The notes beneath the pieces were generated by a model. That model was given only the letters and a program-made list of their open reading frames with translations. It was not told where the DNA came from and did not search any database. Of a stretch of DNA of 52,780 nt, positions 51,805-52,780 are shown piece by piece. The first letter of the stretch is position 1. Every line of letters begins with the position of its first letter. The position numbers and the translations under genes were made by a program. This DNA is from an uncultured bacterium (GTDB lineage: Bacteria; Patescibacteriota; Kazan-3B-28): the NCBI GenBank assembly GCA_963695435.1, contig OY968788.1, positions 1-52,780 of the forward strand, written 5' to 3'.

Positions 51805-52780
51805 ATGGCAGAGGGCGACCAAAAGAAATCGTCGAGGCAAGCAATCGCTCACCTGCAGCAGAGAGTGAAAGATTTGTTGTTGGCAAAAAAACTACCTAAA
51901 AAAGCGGTAGACGAAATATTAGAATCGCTGGGAGAGATTGTCAAAATAGTGACAGAGGCGGAGGGATACCGAAGGAGAAACAGCGACGATTTGGCGGAAA
52001 ATCGTGAGGCGGTGGCTAGAAAGAAATTGGATGAGGCAGAGAAGGATATTGATGAAAAAGTAAGACAGCAAGAGGAAGAACCAACCGAAGAAGAGGAAGA
52101 AGAAACAGAGGAACCGCAAGAGAGACAAAGAAAAAAAGACCAAAAGAAAAAAGTCGAAGAGGCGGAGAAGATAAGAAAACAAATTCAACAAAAGTCCAAA
52201 GGCAAAGCTCCGGTTAAGGTTGGCGGTGGCGGTGCAGCTGGTGGCGGTGTGGCCGGTGGCGGTGCAGCAGCTGGTGGTGCTGCGGCGGGTGGAGGTAGTG
52301 TGGGTTTGATAGTGGCCATAATAGCAATTTTACTTATTATAGTAATCGCTTTATTTATGTATTTTGGCGGAGTGGCACACAAAGCTTTCAATGAAGGCGG
52401 TGGCTCATTCCCGATATCAATGGATTACGACAACCCTGAACACCAAGTATTGGCGGGGGAAGTGATGAGGTTAAAAAATGCTGGGGTGTTGGTTTTTAAA
52501 GACAGGCTGGAAAAAGATATCGAGTGGGTGGATGTAGAAGGGAAGATGACGATGAATTTGGACTGGCGGATTATGGTGACGCTTAGGTATTTGGGTGAGA
52601 AGTGGGAGAGGCGAAGCGAGGGGGTGCTCGGAATAAACTTGAGTACGAGCAATGGGCCGGATACAACTCGCCGAGGGGTGGCGGTAAAAATCGCGGGGAT
52701 AGCGTTGGCTGACCAAAGAGAAGAACCGTTAGACGCTCCCAGCGCGTATGCAACTGGGCAGGCAATTGGGATTAGCCAAA
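51805..52780 (+). CDS. Hypothetical membrane protein, 3'-partial: charged coiled-coil, Gly/Ala-rich tract, one TM helix, then a globular domain
   Basis: The gene is absent from the ORF track because it has no stop in the window. The ATG at 51805 directly follows the TAG of the PEGA gene. The frame is uninterrupted for 325 codons: MAEGDQKKSSRQ...EEPTEEEEEETEEPQERQRKKDQKKK...GGGGAAGGGVAGGGAAAGGAAAGGGSVGLIVAIIAILLIIVIALFMYF... Confidence 0.55.
   Translation, partial: MAEGDQKKSSRQAIAHLQQRVKDLLLAKKLPKKAVDEILESLGEIVKIVTEAEGYRRRNSDDLAENREAVARKKLDEAEKDIDEKVRQQEEEPTEEEEEETEEPQERQRKKDQKKKVEEAEKIRKQIQQKSKGKAPVKVGGGGAAGGGVAGGGAAAGGAAAGGGSVGLIVAIIAILLIIVIALFMYFGGVAHKAFNEGGGSFPISMDYDNPEHQVLAGEVMRLKNAGVLVFKDRLEKDIEWVDVEGKMTMNLDWRIMVTLRYLGEKWERRSEGVLGINLSTSNGPDTTRRGVAVKIAGIALADQREEPLDAPSAYATGQAIGISQ

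Noticed and set aside
52200-52300. GGC/GGT/GCA-rich repetitive DNA as a possible tandem repeat or CRISPR-like array
   Set aside because: It is an in-frame Gly/Ala low-complexity coding tract with no regular repeat-spacer periodicity. No CRISPR repeats occur anywhere in the window.
51919-52391. Minus-strand ORFs encoding Phe/Leu-rich (51919..52191) and Pro/Ala-rich (52185..52391) low-complexity peptides
   Set aside because: They are reverse-complement shadows of the Glu/Lys-rich and Gly/Ala-rich tracts of the uninterrupted 325-codon plus-strand ORF that starts at 51805.
4141-52780. Alternative genetic code (UGA recoding, as in some CPR lineages)
   Set aside because: Genes close cleanly on TGA (for example the ATGA overlap of udg and rnj at 10739-10742) as well as on TAA and TAG. 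Conserved proteins have normal lengths under the standard code.

Overview
The window joins two compositionally unrelated pieces.

(A) Positions 1 to about 4140 are very GC-rich (by eye over 70% GC, strong GC3). They carry actinobacterial-type genes:
- the C-terminus of a PAC2-family protein
- an MFS transporter fused to a cyclic-nucleotide-binding domain, interrupted by two single-base frameshifts
- an acyltransferase-3 membrane protein
- the C-terminal PD-(D/E)XK nuclease domain of a RecB/AddB-like protein

(B) At about 4125-4150 the composition drops abruptly to roughly 40-50% GC, inside one continuous 522-codon ORF. That ORF reads as a 3'-truncated RecA fused in frame to the high-GC nuclease tail. 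This is most simply an assembly or concatenation chimera, not a natural fusion.

The remaining 48.6 kb looks like the replication-origin neighbourhood of a reduced-genome, monoderm-type bacterium. It is most consistent with Patescibacteria/CPR, which is an inference I cannot confirm without a search. Gene content, in order:
- recA, yajQ, ftsK
- an RNA-turnover block (rnj, udg, pnp, rpsO, nrnA)
- rpsT, holA, VanW
- a surface-glycan cluster (GT4, O-antigen-ligase-like, GT4, Wzx-like flippase, methyltransferase) fused head to tail onto the conserved rpmH-rnpA-yidD-yidC-jag operon
- dnaA-dnaN-recF with DnaA-box clusters
- a hotdog-fold ORF, fpg, an orphan ORF with an RNx3H (HEPN-like) motif, and a Pol I lacking the 3'-5' exonuclease domain
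- SIMPL, MurE-like and FemX-like genes, tsaD, and a short ValRS

The best candidate for an undescribed system is at 40.7-52.8 kb. It is a tightly coupled minus-strand operon with a near-consensus promoter:
- a large VirB6/PrgH-like membrane protein
- a PrgI/VirB3-like protein
- a 225-aa unknown
- a VirB4/PrgJ-like ATPase
- a calcium-repeat surface protein
- a PilB/GspE-type ATPase
- a secreted unknown

It is flanked by a divergent PEGA/beta-propeller gene and a coiled-coil/Gly-rich membrane protein. No relaxase, VirD4, pilin or PilC is present in the window.

No rRNA, tRNA, CRISPR array, transposase or integrase was seen. The standard genetic code fits.
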